Notes under the pieces: model-generated | What the model was told of the DNA's origin: nothing | Database searches by the model: none | The model's input: the letters and a program-made list of their open reading frames with translations, nothing else | NCBI RefSeq assembly: GCF_018350175.1 | Contig: NC_058377.1 | Span: forward strand, 60,946,001-61,010,000 | Length of the DNA stretch: 64,000 bases | DNA from: Felis catus | Lineage: Eukaryota | Direction of reading: 5' to 3' | Shown here: positions 51,661 to 64,000 of the stretch, piece after piece | Layout: every line of letters starts with the position of its first letter | Numbering within the stretch: the first letter of the stretch is position 1 | Made by a program: the position numbers and the translations under genes

Positions 51661-52399
51661 GTTGCTCCAAGCAGAATTGATTCCTATGTCACCTCCAATT
51701 TTAGAGACTCTGTAAGTGGCTTTTCTGGAAGAGTGTCACATTTTGTTTTCCAAGGTCATTATGTTTGTGCCTGTAATTGAGTGTTCAGATTCAGTTTTGC
51801 TACTGCTGGTAAATGCACTTTGTACCTTATAAAATAAATATTAGTCTTCTTTTCTCATTCAAGAGCATTTGAATTTATTTTTAGAAGCCAGTCAAGTATG
51901 CTCTTTTAAAAAAAATTAGTTATTAGTTTGTGGGTGTGCTTTCTAAATTAAAGAATATAGCCTTCTATTTTGATGTGCTTGCAAATAATTTTTCCTCTTA
52001 TGTCACTTTCATTTGTCTTTGTTAGTGATGGTATCATAGGCTAAGTTCTCTTTGAATCAAATACTGAGGTGAATATTTGTACGCAGAGTTTATTGGTTGA
52101 GTGCTCTCAGGTTAAAGACTTATGGGGAAAGAATGAAGTAGTGGAGAGAACTTTGAATTCCATGCAATGGTAACAAAGACTACACTGCCTTGGCAATCAC
52201 TACCTCTAATCCTGCTGAGTCCACATATGTGAGGACAGAAACACAACATCCCCTGTGATCTATTTTGGGGTGGGGAGGGGGAGGATGTCGCAGTACATAT
52301 AAAGGCCTTTGAGTCAATGTATATATTGAATATATGAGAAAATCTCCAGCAAAAACAAAATATGAGGATGGAAAACATTAAAAAAAAACAAAAAATCTA

Positions 52400-55300
52400 A
52401 TCTACGAGTTCGTATGTCATCATTTTAATGGGAGGTCCTGGAATAAGGGTTACCTAATTATGGATTTTTAAAAATCCGTATTAAACATATTGTGAAATTT
52501 TAAAGGAATAATGATAAAGATAGAATGATAAATGATATTAGAGAAAAACAAACATCTAAAAATAATATGTTTGACTACAAAGCAAATATAATTAGATGTG
52601 GGTAAGATATTGCAATAGCTAGACAAGAGTTTAGAAGACAAAGGGGTTAATGTTTTCTAAGTACTTAGGTGTAATTAATTTAACCTAAGAAGTTACTCGA
52701 GGATGGTTTTCAGTAAACTAAGTGAATTGATAGAAGAATACATGAACCCTAATAAGCAATGCAAAACCATAAGGTAATTAAAGTAAGTCCCAGGAGGTCA
52801 TTTGTGCCACAAGCTAGAAAGCTTCAAGTCTAGTTTGGAGAAAGACTGGAAGAGCTCTAATAGGGCAATATCTAGAGGAATAAGTAGATATCTAAGATTT
52901 GTATTGTACTTAAAAATTTTAAACAATGTAAGGTGATTAAGGGAAGATAATTCAAAGAGAAGAGAAAATTAATTTAAAAACTGAAGAACATTTAAGTAGT
53001 TATGCAAATAAAATGGGTATGCAATAATTATGTACTATGTATATGTCCATAGTCATAAAATTAAGACTATTATTTGTATATTTTCAATTTAAAAAAAATT
53101 TTTTAAACTTTTATTCATTTTTGAGAGACAGAGAGAGAGAGCATGAGTGGGGCATGGGCAGAGAGATAGGGAGACACAGAATCCGAAGCAGGCTCCAGGC
53201 TCTGAGCTGTCAGCACAGAGCCCTACACGGGGCTGAAGCTCCTGGATCAGACCGCGAGATCATGGCCAGAGCTGAAGTTGGATGCTTAACGGACTGAGCC
53301 ACCCAAGCGCCCCAGTATATCCTCAACTTCAAGGAAAAAGTATGAGAAGTTTCTCTGTGGTAACAACTTGTAAGTAAAAATATAGTCAGTCAAAGGAAAT
53401 TTCATGGACACAAATACACTAATTTTACTAGGCCAGGAGTTAATATACATACTTACATTTCTTTGAATAACAAATACAACTATAAACATATTGTTCAGCT
53501 GTTTAAAATAGTCCATAAAGAATTCAAAGTAATGATACAAACATAAGAACAGGGATTTCTGTTTTCTGGTTCCACATGTAAGGGGCTTGGAAACTGCTTC
53601 TCCACCCTAACAAATAAAAACAGAAGTGACTGAAAAATCAACAGCTCTTGTAGAAGCACTAAGAGAGTTGAGAATGCAGGATAAACCCCTGTGACCAAAA
53701 TTGGAAAGACAGAAAAGTGCACAGAAGGAGTCACAGTTTACTGGAGCAAAGACTCATTAGCAGAAATCAACTTGGGAATCAGTGCTGTGTTAGGAAAACC
53801 TGAAATGATAAAGATTATAATATAAATTAGTGAAATGGAGAATAGAAAAATAATTTAAAAATTGATAAAATAAGGAATTGCTTTTTTGAAAATATAAACA
53901 GAATTGATAAACCCTTAGCTAAAGAACAAAAGAAGTTTAAAATCAAATTAGTGTCATCAAGCAAGGTAAATATCAAAAAAACTACACATAGGCATATTAT
54001 TTTCAAACTACAAAAATCAAAAATAAAGAAAAAAATCCTAAAGCACTCAAAGGAACAAAATAACTTACCTATATGGGAACAAAGATAAGAATTACATGTG
54101 ACTTCTCAGAAACCGTCTGCTAAATTTGGGCTTAGGGTTGTATGTTTTGTTTTGTTTTGTTTTGTTTTGTTTTTCCTGGATCCTTGAGATGTAAAGTTAG
54201 GTTGTTTATTTGAGAGCTTTCTTCTTCTTTAAAATAGGTATTTATTTCTACAAACTTCCCACTTAGTACTTCTTTTATTGCATTTCATAAGTGTGGTATG
54301 TTATGTTTTTATTTTCATTTGTCTGGAGTTATTTTATAGCTTTTTAAATGTCTTTTTTTAACCTATTGTTTAAGAGTGCATTTAATTTCCATGTATTTAT
54401 GAATTTTGCTGTTTTCTTTCTATTATTGATTTCTAGTTTCGTTGTGTTTGGAAAAGATACTTGGAATGAGAATGATTTCAATCTTCTTAAATTTGTTAAG
54501 ACTTTTTTGTGACTTGGCATGTGATCTTATTAATAAGTCACTCATTTAGTTTCCTAGGTAAACTACGTATCAGCACCCAGCACTCAATTTACTTGAGAAA
54601 TGGGTCAGTCTTACAGGTAGCTACTTATCCAAGTCTGCCCTATCAGATTGCAAGGTGCACCCTGGGAGAACCAGAAACAGCATCACTGACATGTGTCACA
54701 CCACAAGTGATGGAGCCATCTCTGAAATTGGCAATCCAGGGGCATCTGGGTGCTCAGTTGGTTAAGTGTCCAACTTCGACTCAAGTCATTTTCTCACGGT
54801 TGGCAAGTTTGAGTCCTATGTTGAGCCCTGTGCTCACAAACATATTTTTAGCATTTTTAGCATTCTGTGTGTTCCTGTAACTCTTCTATATGGTTCTTAG
54901 AGATTTTTCATATTCTGATCTACATCTTCACTATTGTGGTTGCTACTCTCTTCTTCTCTATAAATTCCAGCTCTTGTGTTTTAAGTTCACTGATAAGGGT
55001 GAGTCCATGAAATGCTAGGCCCTTACCCTTGACCCCAATAAAAGAAGAACCCGAGGCCCACATGTAGGAGTGGGCTCTCTCCCCTCCCTCAACTTGAAAA
55101 ATCATAAAGATGTGTAATGAGTAACTTTTAGTCAACAAATATCTAAAATATACATTTTTAGATTAACATAGCTTATAAAAATAGGCAAAGGGAGAAATAG
55201 AAAATCCAAGTAGCCCTACAAATGTTTAAAAAGATAATCTATAATTACATTTCTTCACAAGTAGTTTCAAACTTGAAGAAAACTTGAGAAAATAATCACT

Positions 55301-57730
55301 TGATAATAAATAGAGACACAGAGATTTACAAAGAGAGCACAAGATTTCAGCTGATATGATAGCCTTTGAAACCACACAAAAAGGAGTACAAATATTAACT
55401 CTGCTACCTAAAAGCTGATCTGCTTTAAGCAAGTCATTTAATACTGAAAAGCCTCTGTTTCTTTCTGTAGTTAAGGAAATTAATAATATTCATATATTCG
55501 ATAGTAATGGAGATGGAAACTGAGGACTGGGTTTGGTAACAGTAAATCACGATTGATAAGAGCTGTTTTACAATTATCATTACATTCACACAGACACAAA
55601 AATTGGAGCAGAAACAAAGACCCATAGACACTGAGAGAAGATGATTCAAACACCAGGCCTTATTGAACATAAAGTTCCCAGACCTGGAATTACCTATGCA
55701 ATGAGGAAGACACAAAGTGAATGGATGTGGTTGCATGACTTGCCCTGCAGGAGCCCATCCTCTGGTAACCACACAGACACCTGTTGCACTGGCCCCCAAG
55801 GACAGGGTTTACAAGGCACTGCCTCTCTCCTCCTATTTCCACCAGTTCCTGAAGATAAACCAAAGAGAATAAAGTGACTCTGTGAAGAGAGGGGAAATAG
55901 GATAGAAAATAGATGGGGCAATAAGGGGTATTCATTACTTCTGACTCACCCCCAAAACTCTAGATCCCTGCCTCTACATCAATTCCTCCTGACAAGTGAT
56001 CTTAATCAAATTTCTTTCTTCTTCCAAGGACTGCTACTCCTTTTCTTCTTCCAAGGACTGCTACTCCCTAAACATGATACCATCCAGTCGTTGTCCTTGC
56101 AAACACAGGCTCGATAAGTCAAATTGGCTTGCCTTCTCCTATACTCTGAAAACATACCAGGTCTTTCTAGGGCAATACAATTTCCACTGGTGCTCCTGTG
56201 GAGAATTGTAGCTGTGTCCCCATCCTTATCTTCTTCATGGCTGTGAAAGACACCATATTTAATTGATACTTCTCTGCCTTGGCAATATTTGGCATTAAGG
56301 AGTGGTGAAAGAGAGGGTGTAAGGACTGTGCCAACCATGATCTTGGCCTACTACCAGGTTCACAATTTAATTAAACTTTAGCCTGGTGGCAAGATGTGAT
56401 AGAAGTCATAGGCCTGGTTGGTCTTTCTCAAAACTGACAAAGAAGAAAATATGAGTGTCTTTTAATTGTTCTATTGAAACTATACTTTAAAACTACCCCT
56501 GGATAGCCATTTAATAAAGAAATCATGCCAACCATATGAAAAATCGTCCAGTTAGAAAAAAAAATTCCTAAATTATTTTCAAACTCTGCTATAATTTTAT
56601 AGCAAAACATGACAAAAACAAAAGGAAGGAAAATTTCAGGGCATTCTCACGGATGAACATAGATGTAAAAATCTTAAACAAAATATTAAAAAATTAAACC
56701 TGGCAATAGATAAAGGATGGTAGGAGCATCTGCATGGCTCAGATTGGTTGGTTAAGTGTCCAACTCTTGATTTTGGCTCAGGTCATAATCTCATGGTGAA
56801 TTCCAGACCGTGGTCAGGCTCTGTGCCGCCTGGAGCCTGCTTGGGATTCTCTGTCTTCCTCTCTCTCTGCTATAATACTTACCAAAAGCATAACATATAG
56901 ACTTATTTTATAATAGGCCCTCAATAATTGCATGAGTTTCACAAGTTTTTATATGATCCCCAATTTCCATCCTTAACACCTGTTATCTGATTTTTGTTTT
57001 TACTGTAGGCCTAAAGCCCACCCAACAACCCTGCTCTGTGGTCCCAGGTGTGCCATGTAATTTACAGGTCCAATAAATAATAAACCATTTTTTTTCTTCA
57101 AAGTTTCCTAATGGTTCTTGCTGAGGGTGTCTTGCAGTCATCATAAGAATCACAAAGGGTCAAACACAGCATTAGTTACCAATAATAGGCTGAGACCAGC
57201 ACAACATCAATAAATATGATAACAGATATAAAAATTGGAAATAAGGGAGAAAGAAGCTAGCATTATTTATGATGGTGTGATTGGTACCAAGTAAGGCCTA
57301 AAGATTATACAGATTATGTATTATAAATAAAAATAAGCTTAGCAGTTTCTCAGACGAAAGACCAAAAATAAATCGATCTTTATGTATCAGTACCGAAGAT
57401 TTAGAAAAAGTGCTATTTTAATTTATAAATGCTATTCATATTAGCGTGAATTAATATCAAATACTTAGGAATAAATATAATGTAAGATATATAATAGCTC
57501 TTATTTTAAAAGTTTATAACCATATTGAGAAAAAATAAAGATTTGTTTAACTGAGGTCTATGTTCTTGGATTGAAAGACCTGGTAACCTAAAAATTTAAA
57601 TTCTCCCAAAATTGATCTGCAGATTTCATACATTCACAATGAAAGTCACAAAATATATCTTTGTGGAAATTGATAAGCTGCCTATAAAATTTATAAGTAA
57701 ATGCAGACAGGTGGATAGCCAAGGTATAAG
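52400..57730. mobile_element. Mosaic of old L1 fragments (both strands), LTR pieces and Can-SINEs (53090-53313 minus, 54738-54838 plus, 56723-56870 plus)
   Basis: L1 ORF2-like pieces at 53830-53940 (+), 54150-54520 (-), 56580-56715 (+) and 57240-57725 (+); LTR-like pieces at ~54920-55090 and ~57000-57206 (ending ...cagcacaaca). 55600-56450 looks non-repetitive. Confidence 0.6.
56015..56067. repeat. Tandem duplication, 27-bp period
   Basis: tttcttcttccaaggactgctactcc at 56015 and 56042. Confidence 0.95.
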
Positions 57731-57769
57731 CTAAGAAAAGGAATGTATTGGGAAGCCATGCTCCAGGCT

Positions 57770-58750
57770 AAGCACAGTGGCAGTAATGATGAACCAGATA
57801 ATGATTTTTGCCTTTACAGAATTTAGTATGGAGACGTGAACCCTGCTATTGCTTAATAAATGATTATCAAGTACATAACTGATGAATATCCTGTTCAGTG
57901 AGAAGCTGCAAATACCTTGTAACAGAGGGGTCTCTCTGCATTTAATTACCACAGCTCTGTATGGATGCTCCTAATGAAGCTGCAGTTTCAGTATTCTTCT
58001 GGGTTAGAGTAGTTATCATGCATTCATTCTCATGCTCATTCCAAAAGAGAAAACTGTTAACAGTTTAAGGAAAGGACTGGGAATGGTGGATAGAGGTAGG
58101 GACTCATAATCATATGGGTCATAATCATATACTCTTGGCACAGCTGTGGTTAAAGGTTGATTATATTAATTTCACCTCCAGGGACCCATCAGACTCTGAC
58201 ACCTATCCCCAGTTTTCTATCCTAAGATAAATCAGGAGTGTTTATAGAAAGGTGGAAGTATTCAAGCCTCACTACTCATGGAATCAAAAGTTTTCAGGAC
58301 CTGAGTTTCATGGAGTATCAAAACTGGGCCATTTGTAATCAGGATATGTGTGACCTTCAGAGGGAGATGGGAGCTCTTCTCAGGGGAGGGATGAATCAAA
58401 GACAGCCAGAACTAAAAGCAGAGAAATGAGAAGACAGGGGCAATGAAAAGACTGGGGGAAAAAAGAAAGTTACATGGTGAAAGGGCACAAATTTAGGTGA
58501 AACAAAATAGAAGAAAATGGCATCAGGGAACAGATTAGACAGGATAAAAATGTTTAGAAAGTAAATTAAGTGGCAGAGAGAGAGATAGCCATGGAGATAG
58601 AAACAGAGGATATGACTTTACCTACAATGTAGGAAAGTTTAGGCAGAGAAAGACCCAATGAAACTGGATACTTTGGGAAACTGGCCACTGATTGCATGAT
58701 TAAGCATTTATATTGATGTAACTGCCTTATGTGTAAATTTCAGGTAAGTG
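57770..58750 (+). promoter_or_regulatory. Candidate OR51L1 promoter and first exon
   Basis: TAATGA (57784, 57972), TAATTA (57943), O/E-like CCTCCAGGGAC (~58175) and TCTCAGGGGA (~58378); donors CAG|GTAAGT (58744) and CAG|GTAAGA (59004); strong acceptor at 61540-61541. Confidence 0.4.
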
Positions 58751-60692
58751 TCCATTTTTAAATTACAAATAAACAGCTGGTAGATTTTGGCACAGTGTAC
58801 GTTACTACACAAAAGCTAAAGAGAGTAAAATCATTCGGACAATGCACGGTTTATGCAGGAGGATAAAGTAGGTGTCATTTTCTTTAGAAGTAAACAATTT
58901 GAAACGTATGACATATAGAATTGTGGTAATATCATAATGTCTTTTTTCAACAATTTTAAGATAGGCCAGTCAGTGGGCAGAAGGCAGTTTTTGAGGACTA
59001 CAGGTAAGACCACAGAGATAAAATGGTGTCCTTACCCTCAGTGGCTCTTCCTTAATTCCTTGGAATATGTGAGTGTGTGATGGAAGCCTTTTTATGCTCT
59101 GCCCTTGAAACGTCTTGACATCCGTCTCAGCCTCTTCTGACCATTTCTTTTTCAATTAGCAATGATTAAATTATGTTAAAATAAATCAAGAGCCCTGTAG
59201 AATCATTGGTAATGACATGGAGTCATAAGAAAATGAACAAAGGACAAACATAAAGGAATGATAAAGCGTGAAAGATATGACAGATGCTCAGTGAGAGAGA
59301 GGACAAGAAAGATAACAAATAGGGATATTTCTGTCTGCTCCAGCTTTAAATCCATGCACAGTCCTGAAGCTGATTTTCTAAACCTTGCAATCTGAATTTA
59401 GAAGGCTCAGATCAGGGAGAAAGACATGTCTGAAAACCAGAGACCTACTTTATTTTCTGTAACTTCTCTGAGAATTAAGGAAAATGTGATTTATATCAAG
59501 GTTGAAAAATAAAGCATAGGCTAATTTCCTGGCATGGGGTAAAGCAAACTACTTTTCTTTTTTGGCCACAGCACAACCTCTTTGTGTGTGAGCACACCCT
59601 CTTGCACTATATACTTCAATGTTAATGTCTGGAGTATTTTCATGAGCTGAGCTTTAGAACAGAAATTAGAACAAACGTTTCTGAGTGATGAAGAAGAAAA
59701 AAGAAAGCCACCCAGGGACTTTAGTAGATTTTGAAGACTAGAGAGAACAATGTTGCTTGGGGGTAAAGAAAAAGAAATGCATGGAACTCATATTCTGCCT
59801 GGTCCATGAAGAGCAGGGAGAGTTGCTGACTGCTTTCTCCAGGATAAGGGCCCCAGTAAAAGCTCAGTTTGGAACGCTTGGGACTGGAGAAGAGGACTAG
59901 GGAGGTGCCCCACTCCCAGAGGATGGGATGCCTGGACTTGGAGGAAAAAGGAGAAAATGACAGATCTGTCTTATTACAGACAGCTTCATATTTCCTTCTG
60001 TTTCTCAGCTGTAGATTCTAACCTAAAATCTTCTCTGGAATGACAGATTGTTCAGTCTGAGAACTTTCAGCATTCACACTATAAAATGGGGATCAGAATC
60101 AGTCAAGAGGGGAAAATTAAAAAAAAAATTTTATGAAATAAAACAGAGACAATAAAAGGTCAGTGCTGGACAGACGGAGCCAATGAACAATCTGGGGCTA
60201 CTTTTGGAAAGATCTTTACTTCAGGCCAGAGCTAAAATCTGTGTTAGACGTTTAAGAGTTCAGAGACTATGTGTCTCTAAGGAAGAATGAGGGAGATGCT
60301 GAGATATTGCAGGAGAGATCTGACTTTAAAACGTGGGGTAAGTGAAGAATTTTCTCAAGGACAGTCAATGGCATTAGACAGGCTTAAAATAAGGACCCAA
60401 AGAACTAAAGGGGCAGAGAATCTCATAGGGTGTAGCTGTACCCAATGCCATCAACCTGGGGAATACCAAGGCCAGTATCAGCAGAGGCAATTACAGTGAA
60501 GATTGTTCAGGGAAAGGAAAACCAGACATTAGAACTCTACTTTGAAAAAGGAAAAAGACATTGGTTGTTTCTAAAAGGCACTGATGGAGGATGCTAAGGG
60601 CTACACTTCTGGGGTTGCTGTGGATTCATGGAGGTAGGTGCAAATGGGTCATAAAATTGGAAAAACTAATATTTAGGTTTAAATTTTTAAAA

Positions 60693-60757
60693 TAATTTAT
60701 TTTATTTTATTTTTAATGTTTATTTGTTGAGAGAGAGAGAGCACAAGAGGGGGAGGA

Positions 60758-60798
<41 letters not shown>

Positions 60799-60924
60799 AT
60801 CCCAAGCAGTCTCCACGCTCAGTGTGAAGCCTGATGCCAGGCTTGAATCCATGAACCATGAGATCATGACCTGAGCTGATATCAAGAGCCAGATGCTTAA
60901 CCAGCTGGTCTACCCAGGTGCCCC
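60693..60924 (-). mobile_element. Can-SINE
   Basis: Full body with (GA)n; imperfect TSD TAGGTT..AATTTTTAAAA. Confidence 0.9.
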
Positions 60925-61810
60925 TAGGTTGAATATTTTTAAAAATGTGATTATAAGCAGCATTTTGAGAAAAAAAAAGCAAGAAAGGATAAACATAAAT
61001 GAAGTGGATATTACCCATTATTACTGATAGATGTCTGATTTAAATATATGGTTTTAATTTTATTTTGTGGGCAGGCATAACTTTAATAGTTAAATTGTTA
61101 CCATTATGATATATTTATCATAATAAATATCTTCCCCACTACTGTGAGGAGTTTAGATTAAGGAAGAATTGCTATATTAAACAGCTAAAAGATATGCAAG
61201 TGTGCTAGGATTATGGACTTGACTCTTTTTCATTTCCCCTTTTTATATAATGTGGTATTTACTTTTTTAATATTAAAATATTAGATATGCTCAATTTTTA
61301 TATATTATAAAGTATATAATAAAAAATAAATATGAAAGGAAATTATGTTGAGTCCCTGGATACAATTCAGTTGCTCTGAATGAAGAGATAGCCTAGAAAC
61401 AACAAATGATTAACTCAAGAACATCACTGACAGGAAGCTTATGCAAATCCATAGACATTTACTCTCACTTTTCTCTATTTTCATTTTTATGATGTTTGGT
61501 AAAGATGTCTTTTTTTCCTCTTTTGCTGTTTCTATTTTTAGTGTCCTCGGGGCAAATTCATCAGAGTTCTTGTCAGAGATGACCAGATGACCAGTGTGTG
61601 GTACACATTTTTGTTCTGGAATTTAGTGCTCTTTGCTACTGGGAACTGTTTCTTATGTAGGATCCATAAGAGGTACCTCCTTCCTTTCTCTGTAAGGTTA
61701 GAGGAAAGATATGTTGTATACAGATTGCACTGCTTATGTTCACAAGGGATAACTTTGAGGGATAAAAAAGGATAACAGAAAAGATTCTTCACTGTATGCC
61801 AAGGTTCACC

Positions 61811-62758
61811 ATGGTGGTCTGGAATAACAATAACACCATGGAGCCTATATTTATTCTGAGGGGATTTCATGGATTGGAGTGTGTCTATTCTTGGATCTCA
61901 GTCCCATTCTGTCTTGCATACTTGGTAGCATTTATTGGTAATGTTACCATCCTCTCTGTCATTTGGATAGAGTCATCACTCCATCAGCCCATGTACTACT
62001 TCCTTTCCATCTTGGCACTGACTGACCTAGGTATGTCTATGTCCACACTTCCCACCATGCTTGCTGTGTTATGGCTGGATGCTCGGGAGATCCAGGCAAG
62101 TGCTTGCTATGCTCAGCTCTTTTTCATCCACACATTCACATTCCTGGAGTCTTCGGTGCTACTGGCCATGGCCTTTGACCGTTTTGTTGCTATCTGCCGT
62201 CCACTGCACTATACTACCATCCTTAACAACAGTGTAATAGGCAAGATTGGTTTGGCCTGCTTGCTAAGAAGCATGGGAGTTGTACTTCCTACACCTTTGC
62301 TACTGAGACATTATCACTACTGCCATGACAATGCCCTTTCCCATACCTTCTGTTTGCACCAAGACATTCTGAAATTATCCTGTTCAGATGCAAGGATCAG
62401 CAGTGTCTATGGCCTGTGTGTAGTTATTACCACACTTGGTGTGGATTCAGTCTGCATACTTCTTTCTTATATCCTGATTCTGAATGCTGTGCTGGGGATT
62501 GCATCTCATGAAGAGCGGCGGAAGGCACTCAACACATGCATATCCCATATCTGTGTTGTGCTCATTTTCTTTGTGCCAGTAATTGGGGTGTCAATGGTCC
62601 ATCGCTTTGGGAAACATCTGTCTCCAAGAATTCACATCATCATGGCCGATATTTACCTGCTTTTCCCCCCAGTGCTTAACCCTATTGTCTATAGCATCAA
62701 AACAAAGCAGATTCGTCTAAGAATTCTCCGCAGGTTTGGACTGCGGAGGGGGCATTAA
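61811..62758 (+). CDS. OR51L1: Class I olfactory receptor 51L1, 315 aa, intact
   Basis: EPIFILRGF, WIESSLHQPMYYFL, MAFDRFVAICRPLHY, PTPLLLRHYHYCH, PPVLNPIVYS; matches recalled human OR51L1. Strong Kozak caccATGG at 61811; weaker in-frame ATG at 61796. Confidence 0.93.
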   Translation: MVVWNNNNTMEPIFILRGFHGLECVYSWISVPFCLAYLVAFIGNVTILSVIWIESSLHQPMYYFLSILALTDLGMSMSTLPTMLAVLWLDAREIQASACYAQLFFIHTFTFLESSVLLAMAFDRFVAICRPLHYTTILNNSVIGKIGLACLLRSMGVVLPTPLLLRHYHYCHDNALSHTFCLHQDILKLSCSDARISSVYGLCVVITTLGVDSVCILLSYILILNAVLGIASHEERRKALNTCISHICVVLIFFVPVIGVSMVHRFGKHLSPRIHIIMADIYLLFPPVLNPIVYSIKTKQIRLRILRRFGLRRGH

Positions 62759-64000
62759 ATAACCTCTATCCTCAAGTTTTCCCATTAAAAAATCTTGGGG
62801 CAGCTATCTGAGTAGAAGAGAAGTAAAATATTTGGAGTGTGATCATCTGATTAAATCTATAATTCTTTCACTTTCTAGATATGTGATCTCAGTTAATCAT
62901 CAACCCTTGTTTTCATAGCCAAATTGAGATAAGAATGTTCTTTTATATCCCCCAAATAATTATGAGATGTATAAGAGACAATGTGTCTAAAAAGATTCTT
63001 TTGAACAATATACAATTTGTTAATATTATTAAATTATTGGTATGAATGACAATAATAGCAATAAGTTTCTTTATAAAATATAGCTGTTTATATAGTTTCT
63101 CATGTTTATGAACCAGAAATCAATATCTGTTTCTGATCTGTCTATATTGTGTTTCTCATGCCAAAGTTTCATACTTATTTATAAAAAGATTTCTGACTTC
63201 TTGGGGGCAAGTTTGGAACTTGAGTTTTTGACCAGACTTTGAACTGCTACTGTGGCCATTGGCTATAGACCAGTTTTCACCTCATCATTGGGCAGTAATG
63301 TTTCTTTTCTCTCTTGGCCATATCTATCACCAGATAGATCTATCGGATTTTTTTCTATTTATCAGCAAATACTGAAGCAGACACATGTGAGTTGCTCTAG
63401 AAATCCTGACCATCTAAACATCTAGACAAGTGTGTAGATTCCCTGTTCAATAGCACAGAATTTCATGTCTGAATCAGTGAGTGGGTTGGGACTTGTGCAA
63501 AGTAACCATCCTTATCTTTTAATAAGGTTTTCTCCTCTTATTCTCCATGTCTGTGTAGATTTTCAATAGCATTGTCTTTCTCAGTTTCATTATTGCCAAT
63601 AACCCATTACTTATTTTTCTCCTTCACTGGTAAGATTTATACATATGCCTTCATTGGTGATATTTTAGTATTTAATACATATTCACTTTCTTCTCAGCTG
63701 TACTGAAAACTTTTTGAGCATGGGGTCACTGCTACACTAACACATCTCTCTGGGGCTGGTCTCTCCAACCAGCATGAGTACTCATAAAATAGTTCTAAGT
63801 GTAAAATTATATTGCCTATTCACTCATCCAAGAAAAATATACTGAGAAACATGAAATACCTCTTGTGGCAGTTATTTCTTTCAATACTGTGGATATATAA
63901 AATATGCATGATCTTAATGTTAAATAATTAATGTTTAATAGTGGAGACATATATGAAAAGGATATGTTAGTAGTTAACAGATGCTGTCACTGAAATAAAT

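Noticed and set aside
58238-58429. LTTHGIKS as a decayed MMP zinc motif (VATHEIGH)
   Set aside because: Only THxI matches, no downstream GLxH; chance level.
4065-61018. Recurring short ORFs such as MAQLVK..AQVMISRFV..LSLSL
   Set aside because: Translations of Can-SINE bodies and (CT)n tracts.

Overview
Felid genomic DNA (cat-type Can-SINEs, carnivore L1; three ~135-160 N gaps) covering part of the class I olfactory receptor cluster. It holds five intact single-coding-exon OR51 genes (OR51G2, OR51G1, OR51A4/A2-like and a second OR51A on the minus strand; OR51L1 on the plus strand) and one frameshifted OR51A pseudogene, in roughly the order I recall for human 11p15.4. Intergenic DNA is dominated by ~22 Can-SINEs plus L1, L2, MIR, MaLR/ERV LTR and hAT fragments. 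Candidate O/E (EBF) and homeodomain promoters and 5'-UTR exons can be read 1-4 kb upstream of each receptor. I see no convincing new biological system. The best leads are possible decayed MMP26 traces at its expected syntenic position, an apparently homologous ~30-nt UTR micro-exon upstream of OR51G1 and OR51G2, compensating frameshifts in the pseudogene, and poly(A) signals possibly donated by transposable elements. Gene and repeat names come from remembered sequences, not database searches.
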